DNA of 32,000 nt from an uncultured Verrucomicrobiota bacterium (GTDB taxonomy: Bacteria > Verrucomicrobiota > Kiritimatiellia > CAIVKH01): assembly GCA_937996795.1 (NCBI GenBank), contig CALKUH010000038.1:92226-124225 (forward strand). The letters run 5' to 3'. Of this stretch, positions 8,580 to 17,123 are shown in pieces. The position numbers and the translations under genes are program-made. Position 1 is the first letter of the stretch; every line of letters begins with the position of its first letter. The notes beneath the pieces were generated by a model. That model saw only the letters and a list, made by a program, of their open reading frames with translations. It was not told where the DNA came from and did no database searches.

Positions 8580-10561
8580 TCGCCGTCGCACGCGCCAGCC
8601 GACTTTCCCGCATCCAGACGGAGGAGGCGCTGCTCGCCATCCGCGCCGTGCTGCCCGAAGGCGGTTCCGTCGACGTCCGCCATCTGGAAACCCCCGGCGA
8701 CCGCGATCTCCGCACGCCGCTGACCGATCCATCGGTGCCCGACGATTTTTTCACGCGCGACCTCGACGAGGCGCTGCGCTCGGGCGCCGCCGACCTCGCG
8801 GTACATTCGGCCAAGGACCTGCCCCAGCGTCCGGCCAAGGGCCTGATCGTGGCGGCGCTGTTGCCGGCGCGCGACATCCGCGAGGCGCTGGTCGTGCGCC
8901 GGGGCCTGGCGGAGGACCGCATCGCGGTCGTCGGCACCAGCAGCCCCCGCCGCGAAGCGGAACTGCGCAAGCTCCATCCGCTCGTCGAAATGCGTCCGCT
9001 GCGCGGGACGATCGAACAGCGCCTGCAACGGCTCGACGCGGGCGAATACGACGCGGTGATCATGGCCGCGTGCGCGCTCGAGCGCCTCGGGCTGGCGGCG
9101 CGGATCACGCGCTTCCTGCCTTTTGAACCGGTGCCGCAGCAGGGCCGGCTCGCCATCGTCGTGCGCGAGGACCGCGCGGACCTGCTCGCGCTGTTGCGCC
9201 CGCTCGATGTGCGGCGTTCGGCGGGACTGGTCGCGCTGGTCGGCTGCCCGGCGGAGGCGGACCTGATTTCGCACCGCGCGGAACATTACCTGCGGCGGGC
9301 GGACGTCATCCTGCACGACCGCCTCCTGCCCGAACGCATCCTGCGGCAGGCCACGGGCCGCCTGGTCCCCGTCGGCAAAACCGGCGGCGGCCCCTCCACG
9401 CCGCAACTCGACATTCACCGCCACATGCTGCACGAAGCGGAACAGGGCCGCCTTGTCGTTCGGCTGCACGGCGGCGACCCGGGCATTTACGGACGGCTGG
9501 GCGACGAGATTGAGTTCCTCTCGCAGTGGAACATCCGGTTCGACGTCGTGCCCGCGCTGACAGCGGCGCAACTGGCCGCGGCCCGCGCCCATGCGCCGCT
9601 CACGCACCGCGGCTTCAACCACCGCGTCACACTGGCCACCGCGCGTCCCGGCGCGGGGTTCGACGACGTGCCGTTCACCGGTCCTGATGTCGGCCCGGTG
9701 GCGATTTACATGGGCGTGCAAAGCGCCGCCGAGGTGGCCGCCAAACTGCGCGCGGCGGGCTGGCCGGATTCGACGCCGGTGCTCGCCTCCGAGCGGATCG
9801 GCTACGAGGACGAACGGCTCCAGACCCTGACCCTCGCGGAAGCCCCGGCCCGCGCGTTTGAAACACCGGCCGTTTTCCTGGTCGGCTTCCGCTCCTTCCC
9901 CGCCCCGCGCTACACCCTCTTCACGGGCACCGATCCCGACCACTTCCTCACGCACGGCCCGCTGCTGCCCTGGCCGCTGATCCGGCTGGAGTCCGTGCCG
10001 CTCGCGGAACGCGCCGCGCTGCTCGCGGAACAGCTTCCCGCTGTCGACGGCATCCTGTTCCCCTCGCGCTTCGCGGTGAACAGCTTCATGGAGGCGCTGC
10101 TCGACACGGCCGACGCGCGCGCGCTCCACGGCAAACGCCTGCTCGCCGTCGGTCCCGCCACGGAACAGGAGCTGCGCCAGTACGGCTTGCGGGCGGACGG
10201 CGCCGCGGACAATTTGGGCGGCGTGCGCACGCTGGTGGAAAAAATCACGCCCGCCTTCGCGGGGCGCTATCTCTATCCCTGCTCCGACGCCGCGCCGCAG
10301 CCCGAGCGGGTCGACGCGCTGCGCGCGCACCGGATCGACCTCGTCCCCCGCATCTTCTATCGCAACGTGCGGCTGCCCGCGCGCCCGCTGCCCCGCCTCC
10401 CGTTCACCCGCGTCCTGTTCACCAGCACGACAACGGTGCGCGCGTACTTCGACGCGCATCCGGAGGAGCGGCGGGCGAACCGCACCTGGCTGGCCGTCGG
10501 CCCCTCCACCCTGAAGGCCCTGCAGGACCTCGGCCTCAACGCGGAAGCGATACGTTCTTAG
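8561..10561 (+). CDS. Tri-domain fusion: HemC-like (porphobilinogen deaminase domains 1-2) + uroporphyrinogen-III C-methyltransferase (CobA/CysG-C) + uroporphyrinogen-III synthase (HemD)
   Basis: HemC motifs: ARASRLS, HSAKDLP, GTSSPRRE, LRGTIEQRL, GEYDAVIMA. SUMT motifs: HGGDPGIYGR, VVPALTAA, LTHR, IYMG. The HemD-like C-terminal ~240 aa has LLAVGPAT and WLAVGPST. Start is GTG at 8561; TTG at 8576, overlapping the hemA TGA, is an alternative. The ORF is open from 8420. Confidence 0.8.
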   Translation: MVAPRLIAVARASRLSRIQTEEALLAIRAVLPEGGSVDVRHLETPGDRDLRTPLTDPSVPDDFFTRDLDEALRSGAADLAVHSAKDLPQRPAKGLIVAALLPARDIREALVVRRGLAEDRIAVVGTSSPRREAELRKLHPLVEMRPLRGTIEQRLQRLDAGEYDAVIMAACALERLGLAARITRFLPFEPVPQQGRLAIVVREDRADLLALLRPLDVRRSAGLVALVGCPAEADLISHRAEHYLRRADVILHDRLLPERILRQATGRLVPVGKTGGGPSTPQLDIHRHMLHEAEQGRLVVRLHGGDPGIYGRLGDEIEFLSQWNIRFDVVPALTAAQLAAARAHAPLTHRGFNHRVTLATARPGAGFDDVPFTGPDVGPVAIYMGVQSAAEVAAKLRAAGWPDSTPVLASERIGYEDERLQTLTLAEAPARAFETPAVFLVGFRSFPAPRYTLFTGTDPDHFLTHGPLLPWPLIRLESVPLAERAALLAEQLPAVDGILFPSRFAVNSFMEALLDTADARALHGKRLLAVGPATEQELRQYGLRADGAADNLGGVRTLVEKITPAFAGRYLYPCSDAAPQPERVDALRAHRIDLVPRIFYRNVRLPARPLPRLPFTRVLFTSTTTVRAYFDAHPEERRANRTWLAVGPSTLKALQDLGLNAEAIRS

Positions 10562-10631
10562 GTGACGCGCCGCCCGACTTCTGGCATACGAGCGGCGTCA
10601 AAACCATGGACCTGTTGAGGAGTTTCTACGC

Positions 10632-11678
10632 ATGAACCTGCTGCGATGGCTTCCGATGGTGGCGCTGCTCGCCGCCCACACCGTTTCCGCCGACGAATAT
10701 TTCATGGGCGGGCGCCCGGTGAATCCGGACAAATCGTTTTCCATTTCCCTGTCGGGCGGGCAGGTGCAGGAAATCTCCGGCAGCGTCAATGAGACCACGC
10801 GCCGCCTGTTCGAGCTGGAAGGGCGCGACCCCTCTTCGTTCGACCCGGAGAGCTATTCGTTCGCCGAACTCGGCATTGAGGATAGCTACGCGACGGTCGG
10901 GTTCACCATGGAGAAAATGTGGCGCTACATCACGCTGCGCGGCGATCTCTCCTACATGCAGGCCGACGCCAGTTCATCACCCCCGCGCGATTTCTTCATC
11001 GGGGTCAGCGACATTGAGTTCGAGGGCCGCTCCTACGAGTACATGAAGCTGGAGGAAGGCGTCCCGTTCGATGCCACGCTGGATGCGCTGCTCATCAGCT
11101 TCTCGCTCCAATACACGCCGTTCACCCTCGGCGCGGACCATGTGCTCTCGTTCACGCCGTTTGTCCATGCGGGCTTCTTCGCCATCGTCGGCACGTTTGA
11201 CATCGAGCAGGGCGAGGCGAAGCGCATCCAGATTTATGAGAACCCGCCGCGCGAATACGTCGTGGGCGGCAACGGCGACGGCGACATGGGCGGCTTCGCG
11301 CCGGAAATCGGCATCGGCGGCGAACTGCGTCTCTGGCTCGGCCGCAACGAATACGGCGACCGCGAACTCGCGGTGCAGGGCACCTACGCCATCTTCGAGT
11401 ACGATGGCTCCTCCGACGCCCTCGGCATCAGCTCGCGCAACGAAAAGGACCTGGACGTCGATTACGACATGATCGAGGTGCGCGCCGCGTACTATCTGCC
11501 GATCAGCGCCGCGCTGGACCTGATCATCGGCGCGGAATACAAGATCATCACCGCCGATGCGGAAAGCAAATCCAAGGCGCGCACGCTGGAGGAAGCCCTG
11601 GTCAACCGCGAGAAATACGACAAGCAGATCGACCTCGAAATCACGACAATCAACGCCTTCGTCGGCCTGCGGTTCTAG
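10632..11678 (+). CDS. Hypothetical secreted protein, probable outer-membrane beta-barrel
   Basis: Signal peptide MNLLRWLPMVALLAAHTVSA. Alternating beta-strand-like segments rich in aromatic and Gly residues. C-terminal ...AFVGLRF ends in Phe, as in OMP sorting signals. No family recognised. Confidence 0.5.
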   Translation: MNLLRWLPMVALLAAHTVSADEYFMGGRPVNPDKSFSISLSGGQVQEISGSVNETTRRLFELEGRDPSSFDPESYSFAELGIEDSYATVGFTMEKMWRYITLRGDLSYMQADASSSPPRDFFIGVSDIEFEGRSYEYMKLEEGVPFDATLDALLISFSLQYTPFTLGADHVLSFTPFVHAGFFAIVGTFDIEQGEAKRIQIYENPPREYVVGGNGDGDMGGFAPEIGIGGELRLWLGRNEYGDRELAVQGTYAIFEYDGSSDALGISSRNEKDLDVDYDMIEVRAAYYLPISAALDLIIGAEYKIITADAESKSKARTLEEALVNREKYDKQIDLEITTINAFVGLRF

Positions 11679-11692
11679 GCAGACCACGGGCA

Positions 11693-11728
11693 TTCAGGTG
11701 TCGGGAGTCCTGACACCCGACACCTGAA
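11693..11728. terminator. 13-bp-stem hairpin in the convergent junction (bidirectional terminator candidate)
   Basis: TTCAGGTGTCGGG (11693-11705) is the exact reverse complement of CCCGACACCTGAA (11716-11728), with a 10-nt loop. Confidence 0.6.
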
Positions 11729-11740
11729 ACCTGATCCGTC

Positions 11741-12655
11741 TTATTCTTCCTTTTTCTCCCCGCCGCCGAGCAGGCCGCCCACTCCTTTGAGCACGCTGCC
11801 GGCGCCGTCGAGCACGGCGCCACCGGCCGCAGCGGCAGCGCCGCCCACAGCCTTCGCACCGTCCACCGCCGCGCCCCCCACAACGGCGGCCCCGTCAACC
11901 GCCGCGCCACCCACGGCTGCCGCGCCATCCACGGCGGCGCCGCCAACCGCCGCGGCGCCTTCGCCGACAGCCTTCGCCCCGTCGCCCACCAGTTTGCCCG
12001 CGCCCGCGGCCACCTGCGTGGCGCTGCCAAGAATGGCCCTGACCACCTCCGTCAGGACCTCGGTAAAACTGGCGCCTTCCTTTTCCTTGCCCAGATCGCG
12101 AAGCGTGATGGGCGGCAACGGCAGCGGGGCGGCGAGTCCGCCCATCGCCGTAAGGCTCAGGTTCAGTTGTGCGCCGGAGATGCTGATTTCGTCGATGATG
12201 ACTTTCTTGCCGGGTTTCGCGGGCGTCGCCGCTTCCGGTTGCTCCGGTTTTTCAGCTCCGCCTTTTTTCTCCAACTGCTCCAGCAGCGCGCCGAGGTTGC
12301 TGCTCCGCAGGCCGCGCTCCATCGTGATCTTGGGATCCTTGATCTCGATCCTGCGGATGCGGATCGTGTCGCTTAGCAGGGAACCGGTGTCCAACTCCAC
12401 GTCGATATGCCCGAGTTCGAACAAGCTGTCGGTCTTAAACCCCTCGGGGTTCCCGACCACGAGTCCGCCCAGGTGCGCGCGCCCCAGCAGCGGGCGCAGC
12501 ATCGCGTTGTCCAGGCGGACCGGCACACCCAGCACCATCGGCCCGCCGGTGTTCACCGCCTGCTTGATCGTGGACCCGCCAAAGTACTGCAGGAACACGA
12601 TCAACCCCGCCAGCACCAGTACCAGAATCAAGACGACTTTTTTGATCGTTCGCAT
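11741..12655 (-). CDS. Membrane-anchored AsmA-like/DUF748-like protein with a C-terminal Gly/Ala-rich repeat tail
   Basis: Start chosen at the ATG at 12655 (MRTIKKVVLILVLVLAGLIVF, one TM helix), preceded by GGAGGG. The ORF is open to 12913, but the extension is Cys/Arg-rich junk. The family call is tentative. Confidence 0.6.
   Translation of the reverse strand: MRTIKKVVLILVLVLAGLIVFLQYFGGSTIKQAVNTGGPMVLGVPVRLDNAMLRPLLGRAHLGGLVVGNPEGFKTDSLFELGHIDVELDTGSLLSDTIRIRRIEIKDPKITMERGLRSSNLGALLEQLEKKGGAEKPEQPEAATPAKPGKKVIIDEISISGAQLNLSLTAMGGLAAPLPLPPITLRDLGKEKEGASFTEVLTEVVRAILGSATQVAAGAGKLVGDGAKAVGEGAAAVGGAAVDGAAAVGGAAVDGAAVVGGAAVDGAKAVGGAAAAAGGAVLDGAGSVLKGVGGLLGGGEKKEE
11840..11971 (-). repeat. Four imperfect 33-bp tandem repeats encoding the 11-aa unit AAVDGAxAVGG
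   Basis: The protein tail reads AVGEGAAAVGG AAVDGAAAVGG AAVDGAAVVGG AAVDGAKAVGG. The DNA period of 33 nt is visible in 11840-11971. Confidence 0.6.
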
Positions 12656-12800
12656 CGAACCCTCCCCGGATGTATGAAGCATCAGCATAGTCGCCTCCCT
12701 TGCGGCGGGACAACAACAACCGGGGCGAACACCGGCCAGGCCGCATGCGCGAAGCACAATCCGCTTAATCCGCGGCCGCGAATCCGATAGGCTCTCCCGC

Positions 12801-13001
12801 ATGGCGAAGAAGGACGGCCAGCTGACCGTGTTCATGCGGATGTGGTTCGCGGTGACGCCGCAGGAGCGCATGCTGCTGCTGGGCATCGTGCTTGTGGCGC
12901 TGTTCGGGCTCACGGCCCGCTTCGTGCACGATCACCGGGCCGCGAAAGCCGCGGCACATCTGGAAACAACGCCGAACCGCCTGGAGGAAGCGCATGAGTG
13001 A
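12801..13001 (+). CDS. Possible small membrane protein (66 aa)
   Basis: One hydrophobic helix, LLLGIVLVALFGLTA. The stop overlaps the HIT gene start by 8 nt, an arrangement typical of translational coupling. No family recognised, and it could be spurious. Confidence 0.3.
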   Translation: MAKKDGQLTVFMRMWFAVTPQERMLLLGIVLVALFGLTARFVHDHRAAKAAAHLETTPNRLEEAHE

Positions 13002-13419
13002 CTGCATCTTCTGCCGCATCGTCCGCGGGGAACTGCCCTGCGAAAAACTGTATGAGGACGACCAGGTGCTCGCGTTCATGGACATCGGCCCGATCATCAA
13101 GGGCCACGCGCTCGTGATTCCCAAGGCGCACTACGACCCCATCACCGCGATGCCGGCCGACCTGCTCGGACGCGTCATCGCCGTCGTGCAGCGGATCGCC
13201 CGCGCGCAGTTCGACGGGTTGCGCGCGGACGGCGTCAACGTGCACCAGACCAACGGGGCGGCCGCAGGCCAGGTCGTGCCGCATGTGCATTTTCATGTGA
13301 TCCCGAGGTTCCACACGGACGGGCACTCGTGGAACTGGCGCGCGGGGAAGTACGCCGATCCCGGCGAAATGCGGACCCTGGCGGCGCAGATCCGCGCCCG
13401 GATCCCCACGCAACCCTGA
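12994..13419 (+). CDS. HIT-family (histidine triad) nucleotide hydrolase
   Basis: MSDCIFCRIV N-terminus and the triad HVHFHVIPR. GGAGGAAG Shine-Dalgarno at 12983-12990. Confidence 0.9.
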   Translation: MSDCIFCRIVRGELPCEKLYEDDQVLAFMDIGPIIKGHALVIPKAHYDPITAMPADLLGRVIAVVQRIARAQFDGLRADGVNVHQTNGAAAGQVVPHVHFHVIPRFHTDGHSWNWRAGKYADPGEMRTLAAQIRARIPTQP

Positions 13420-13495
13420 CAATTAATTAACCCGTTCGCGCCGGGCCGCCCCCTTCCCCTTTTGCCCCCATCGTGGTACGTTAGAAATCGGTTAT

Positions 13496-13921
13496 ATGAA
13501 GAAGGTTAATTTCCAGGAAGCGCTGTTGGGGATTCTGGATCGCGATCCGCGCTATGCGGAGGACGCCTACCATTTCCTGCGCGAGGCGCTGGATTTCACG
13601 ATCAAGCTGCTGGAGAAGCCGGTGGAAGGGCCGGGCCGCCATGTGAGCGGACAGGAATTGCTCGAAGGCATCCGCCAGTTCGCGCTGAAGGAATTTGGCC
13701 CGATGGCCCTGCGCGTGCTGAACACCTGGGGCATCCGCCGCACGGACGATTTCGGCGAAATGGTCTTCAACATGGTCGGCGCCGGCATCCTCGGCAAGAC
13801 CGACGAGGACCGCCGCGAGGACTTCGCGGGCGGCTACGACTTTGATGCGGCCTTTGCCAAACCCTTCCGCGCGATCCGCGCCGCCCCGGCGCAACCCGCC
13901 CGCACCGCCGGGCTGAATTGA
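13496..13921 (+). CDS. Conserved hypothetical protein; resembles the Planctomycetes/Verrucomicrobia 'Minf_1886'/TIGR04138-type family (from memory, unverified)
   Basis: 141 aa with good coding appearance: DPRYAEDAYHFLREAL...HVSGQELLEGIRQFALKEFG...WGIRRTDDFGEMVFNMV. Confidence 0.6.
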   Translation: MKKVNFQEALLGILDRDPRYAEDAYHFLREALDFTIKLLEKPVEGPGRHVSGQELLEGIRQFALKEFGPMALRVLNTWGIRRTDDFGEMVFNMVGAGILGKTDEDRREDFAGGYDFDAAFAKPFRAIRAAPAQPARTAGLN

Positions 13922-13937
13922 CCGCGCGGGGACGGCC

Positions 13938-16589
13938 ATGAACGCACTGCATCGGATCCCCGCCGCGCGCCGGTTCGCCCTCCTCACGCTCGCCAGCCTG
14001 TCTATTATGAATACTTCCTCCGCCGGTACCCTGGATGTCTTGCGCGAATCGAATGCCCGCCTCCGACGCGTGGTGCTGGACAACGGCATGGTGTGCCTCA
14101 TCAAACCCGATGCCAGCGCGCCCGTCGTCGCGGTGCAAATCTGGGTCGGATCGGGGTCGATCCATGAGGGAGAATGGCTCGGCGCGGGCCTCTCGCATTA
14201 CATGGAGCACATGATCTTCAAGGGCACCACCACGCGCGGGCCCTCGGAAATCACGAAGGCCATCGACGACGCCGGCGGCGAGATCAACGCCTACACCGCG
14301 CAGGACCGCACGGTCTTCTACGCCGACCTGCCCTCGCGCAACTGGAAGGTCGGCGTCGATGTCCTGTCCGACGCGGTGATGAACGCGACGCTGCCGGAGG
14401 ATGAGTGGGAACGCGAAAAGGAGGTCATCCTGCGGGAGTTCGCGATGGGCAAGGACAGCCCGGAGCGCGAGTTGAGCAAGCTCTTGTGGAGCACGGCCTA
14501 TCGCGTGCACCCGTATCGCTATCCGGTCATCGGCCACGAGGAAATCTTCAACACGATGACCCGAACCGAGCTGGAGGCCTATTTCCGGCGCCATTACGTG
14601 CCGGACAACATGATCACCGTGGTCGTCGGCGACGTGGACCCGGACGAGGTGGAGCGCTACCTGCGCGAACGGTTCAGCGGCTTCGTCCGCCGGGCGCGTC
14701 CGCAGGACCCGCTGCCGGCCGAGCCGCCGCAAGTCGCGCCGCGCGAGGCGGTGAAGCGCGCGAAGGTGGAGATGAGCCGCCTCGTCATGGCATGGCACAC
14801 GGTATCGCTCGATCATCCCGACGCGCCCGCGCTGGACCTGCTCGCAACCCTCGCCGGACAGGGACGCAGCTCGCGCCTCGAATCGAGACTCAAGGAGCGG
14901 GAACAACTGGTGCATGACATTTCCGCATGGTCGTTCACGCCGCGCGACCGCGGACTCTTCGCCATCAGCGCCGCCTTCGACGCGGAACGCGAGGGCGAGG
15001 TGCGGGCGGCAATCGAGGATGAACTCGCGGCGTGGCGCAACGGCGAGTTCAGCGAGGCGGAAATCGACAAGGCCCGGCGCAACCTGCTCGTCTCCGAACT
15101 CGACGAACTACAGAGCATGAGCGGCCAGGCGTCGAGCTACGCCTCGGGCGAATTTTACACCGGGAATCCCCGTTTTTCGGAAATCTATCTCGCGGGCCTG
15201 GAGCGCGTCACCCCGCAGCAGGCGCGCGAGGTGGTGCACCGCTACCTGAACGCCAACCAACGCACCGTCGTCGTGCTCGCCCCCGAAGCGGAACCCGGCG
15301 CCGGATCGACCGCCGCGTCGGAGGCGCCCGCGTTGAGCATTCATCGGTTCACGCTCGCCAACGGCGTTCCCGTGATCGTCCGGGAGGATCACCGCCTGCC
15401 GTTCGTCCACGCCACGGCGGCGCTCGGCGGCGGCTTGTTGTCGGAAACCGCGACAAACAACGGCATCACCGACCTGATGGCGAACCTGCTGACGCGCGGC
15501 ACGCGGTCGCGCAGCGCGGAGCAAATCGCCGCGGAAATCGAACAGCGCGGAGCATCCCTCGACACCTTCACCGGACGCAACAGCTTCGGCCTGTCGGCCC
15601 AGATGCTGACGGAAGACGCGGACGACATCCTCGCCCTTTTCGCCGAATGCCTGCTGGCGCCGTCCTTCCCCGCCGACGAGCTGGAAAAGCAGCGCTCCCT
15701 GCAGCTGGCCGGCCTGCGCCGTCAGCGCGAGCAGCCGATGTTCGTGGCCCAGGAGGCGCTCCGCGAAACGCTGTTTCCGAACCACCCCTATCGATTCAAC
15801 GCCTCGGGCCGCCCGGAATCCGTCCGCGCGCTGGAGACGCCGCATGTGCGCGCCCATTACGAGCGGTTGGTGAACGCCTCGAACCTGGTGATCGCGCTCT
15901 TCGGCGACATCACCCTGCAGCAGGCCCGCGCGCTGGCGGAGCGGCATTTTGCCGCCGTGCCGGCCGGCCCGCGCCCGGCGTTGAAAACACCCGTCGCGCC
16001 GCCGCCGCTCCCCGCGCGCGTGGAGCGTGTGGAGCCGCGTGAGCAGGCGATCGTGCTCGCGGGCTATCCCGCCATCAGCATGGATGATCCCCGCGTGGAC
16101 GCGCTGAACGTGCTGCAGAAGGCGCTGAGCGGCCTCTCCTCGGATCTCGGCATCGAAATTCGCGAAAAGCGCGGACTGGTCTATTTCGTAGGCGCGTTCA
16201 GCCTGGTGGCGCTGGATCCGGGTTTCTTCGCGCTATACGCCGGCACCCGCGACGAGGCGATTCCCGAAGTCGAACGCCTCATGGCAGAGCAAGTGGCGCG
16301 CATCCGCGCCGAGGGTCTGCGCGAGGAGGAATTCGAACGCGCCCGCGCCCAGCTCGCGGCCGCGGCCAGCATGACGCTGCAGAACAACGGGGAACTCGCC
16401 ACGGCCTGCGCGCTGAACGAGCTGTACGGCCTGGGTTACCGCTATCCGCTTGAACTGGAGGAGCGCCTGCGCGCGCTCACCCCCGAGGCCGTCCGCGACG
16501 CGGCGGCGACCCTGCTGCTCGACAACCGCCGGGCCACGGCCATTGTGCGCCCGGCCCGCACCGCTTCAGGAGGACAACCCGATGAATGA
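13938..16589 (+). CDS. M16-family zinc metallopeptidase, double-length (two fused pitrilysin-type halves), secreted
   Basis: N-terminal signal-like segment. The inverted zinc motif HYMEH (HxxEH) occurs in the first half only. The second half, about 440 aa, is M16-like and non-catalytic. Confidence 0.9.
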   Translation: MNALHRIPAARRFALLTLASLSIMNTSSAGTLDVLRESNARLRRVVLDNGMVCLIKPDASAPVVAVQIWVGSGSIHEGEWLGAGLSHYMEHMIFKGTTTRGPSEITKAIDDAGGEINAYTAQDRTVFYADLPSRNWKVGVDVLSDAVMNATLPEDEWEREKEVILREFAMGKDSPERELSKLLWSTAYRVHPYRYPVIGHEEIFNTMTRTELEAYFRRHYVPDNMITVVVGDVDPDEVERYLRERFSGFVRRARPQDPLPAEPPQVAPREAVKRAKVEMSRLVMAWHTVSLDHPDAPALDLLATLAGQGRSSRLESRLKEREQLVHDISAWSFTPRDRGLFAISAAFDAEREGEVRAAIEDELAAWRNGEFSEAEIDKARRNLLVSELDELQSMSGQASSYASGEFYTGNPRFSEIYLAGLERVTPQQAREVVHRYLNANQRTVVVLAPEAEPGAGSTAASEAPALSIHRFTLANGVPVIVREDHRLPFVHATAALGGGLLSETATNNGITDLMANLLTRGTRSRSAEQIAAEIEQRGASLDTFTGRNSFGLSAQMLTEDADDILALFAECLLAPSFPADELEKQRSLQLAGLRRQREQPMFVAQEALRETLFPNHPYRFNASGRPESVRALETPHVRAHYERLVNASNLVIALFGDITLQQARALAERHFAAVPAGPRPALKTPVAPPPLPARVERVEPREQAIVLAGYPAISMDDPRVDALNVLQKALSGLSSDLGIEIREKRGLVYFVGAFSLVALDPGFFALYAGTRDEAIPEVERLMAEQVARIRAEGLREEEFERARAQLAAAASMTLQNNGELATACALNELYGLGYRYPLELEERLRALTPEAVRDAAATLLLDNRRATAIVRPARTASGGQPDE

Positions 16590-16953
16590 GTTCAGCCCGG
16601 AAGAAATGAACCGCGCCCTCTTCGCGCACCTGGTCATCTCGCTCGCACAGTCGACGATGATCGGGCTCGGCAAGGTCGTGAACCCCGCGACGCAGAAGGC
16701 GGAGATCAACCTTGAGGCCGCGCAGCAGGCCATCGACATGCTTGACATGCTGGAGGCCAAAACCCGGGGCAACCTCGACGCCGAAGAGGCGAAAATGATG
16801 AAGAGCACGCTCAGCATGCTGAAGCTGAACTACGTCGAGACCGCCAACGCAACACCCGCGGACCAGCCGCCCGTTCAAGCCCCCGGCGCCGCACCAGCCG
16901 CCGACAAGACACCGGAAGAAGAAAAGGTGCGGTTCCGCAAGAAGTACGACTGA
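16582..16953 (+). CDS. DUF1844 domain protein
   Basis: Start at the ATG at 16582 (MNEFSPEEMNRALFAHLVISLAQSTMIGLG), with AGGAGGA upstream. Overlaps the M16 stop by 8 nt. Confidence 0.75.
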   Translation: MNEFSPEEMNRALFAHLVISLAQSTMIGLGKVVNPATQKAEINLEAAQQAIDMLDMLEAKTRGNLDAEEAKMMKSTLSMLKLNYVETANATPADQPPVQAPGAAPAADKTPEEEKVRFRKKYD

Positions 16954-17017
16954 CCACCCGGCCTCCTCGCCCCGGCGACCCACGTCACAACCAACGCGCT
17001 CGGTCTTGTCACCAGAA

Positions 17018-17049
17018 ATACACTTATGCGCATATGCGCATAAGTGTAT
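17018..17049. repeat. Perfect 32-bp palindrome, AT-rich, in a convergent junction
   Basis: ATACACTTATGCGCAT|ATGCGCATAAGTGTAT. All 16 positions pair, and it contains two adjacent copies of the self-complementary octamer ATGCGCAT. Confidence 0.85.
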
Positions 17050-17123
17050 AAGCAGCCGTACGCTCAACGGGAAAATGTTTTCGGCGGGGCGAGAGGGGGC
17101 GAGAAGAGCGGCGGCGGGCGGGC

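Noticed and set aside
8180-10459. 759-aa ORF on the minus strand
   Set aside because: It is antisense to the well-supported HemC-SUMT-HemD gene. The translation is Arg/Ala/Gly-rich low complexity with no motifs, which is the typical shadow ORF of a GC-rich genome. The same reasoning rejects 5622-6980(-), 2049-3413(+), 984-1943(-), 13767-14915(-), 25576-26769(-), 27932-28846(-), 28847-29665(-), 20799-22007(+) and 21107-22339(+).
10582-10596. Sigma-54-like TGGCATACGAGCGGC upstream of the outer-membrane protein gene
   Set aside because: The GG-N10-GC spacing is correct, but the -12 region (CGGCG) lacks the T-rich TTGC context. It is too weak to call without a PWM score.
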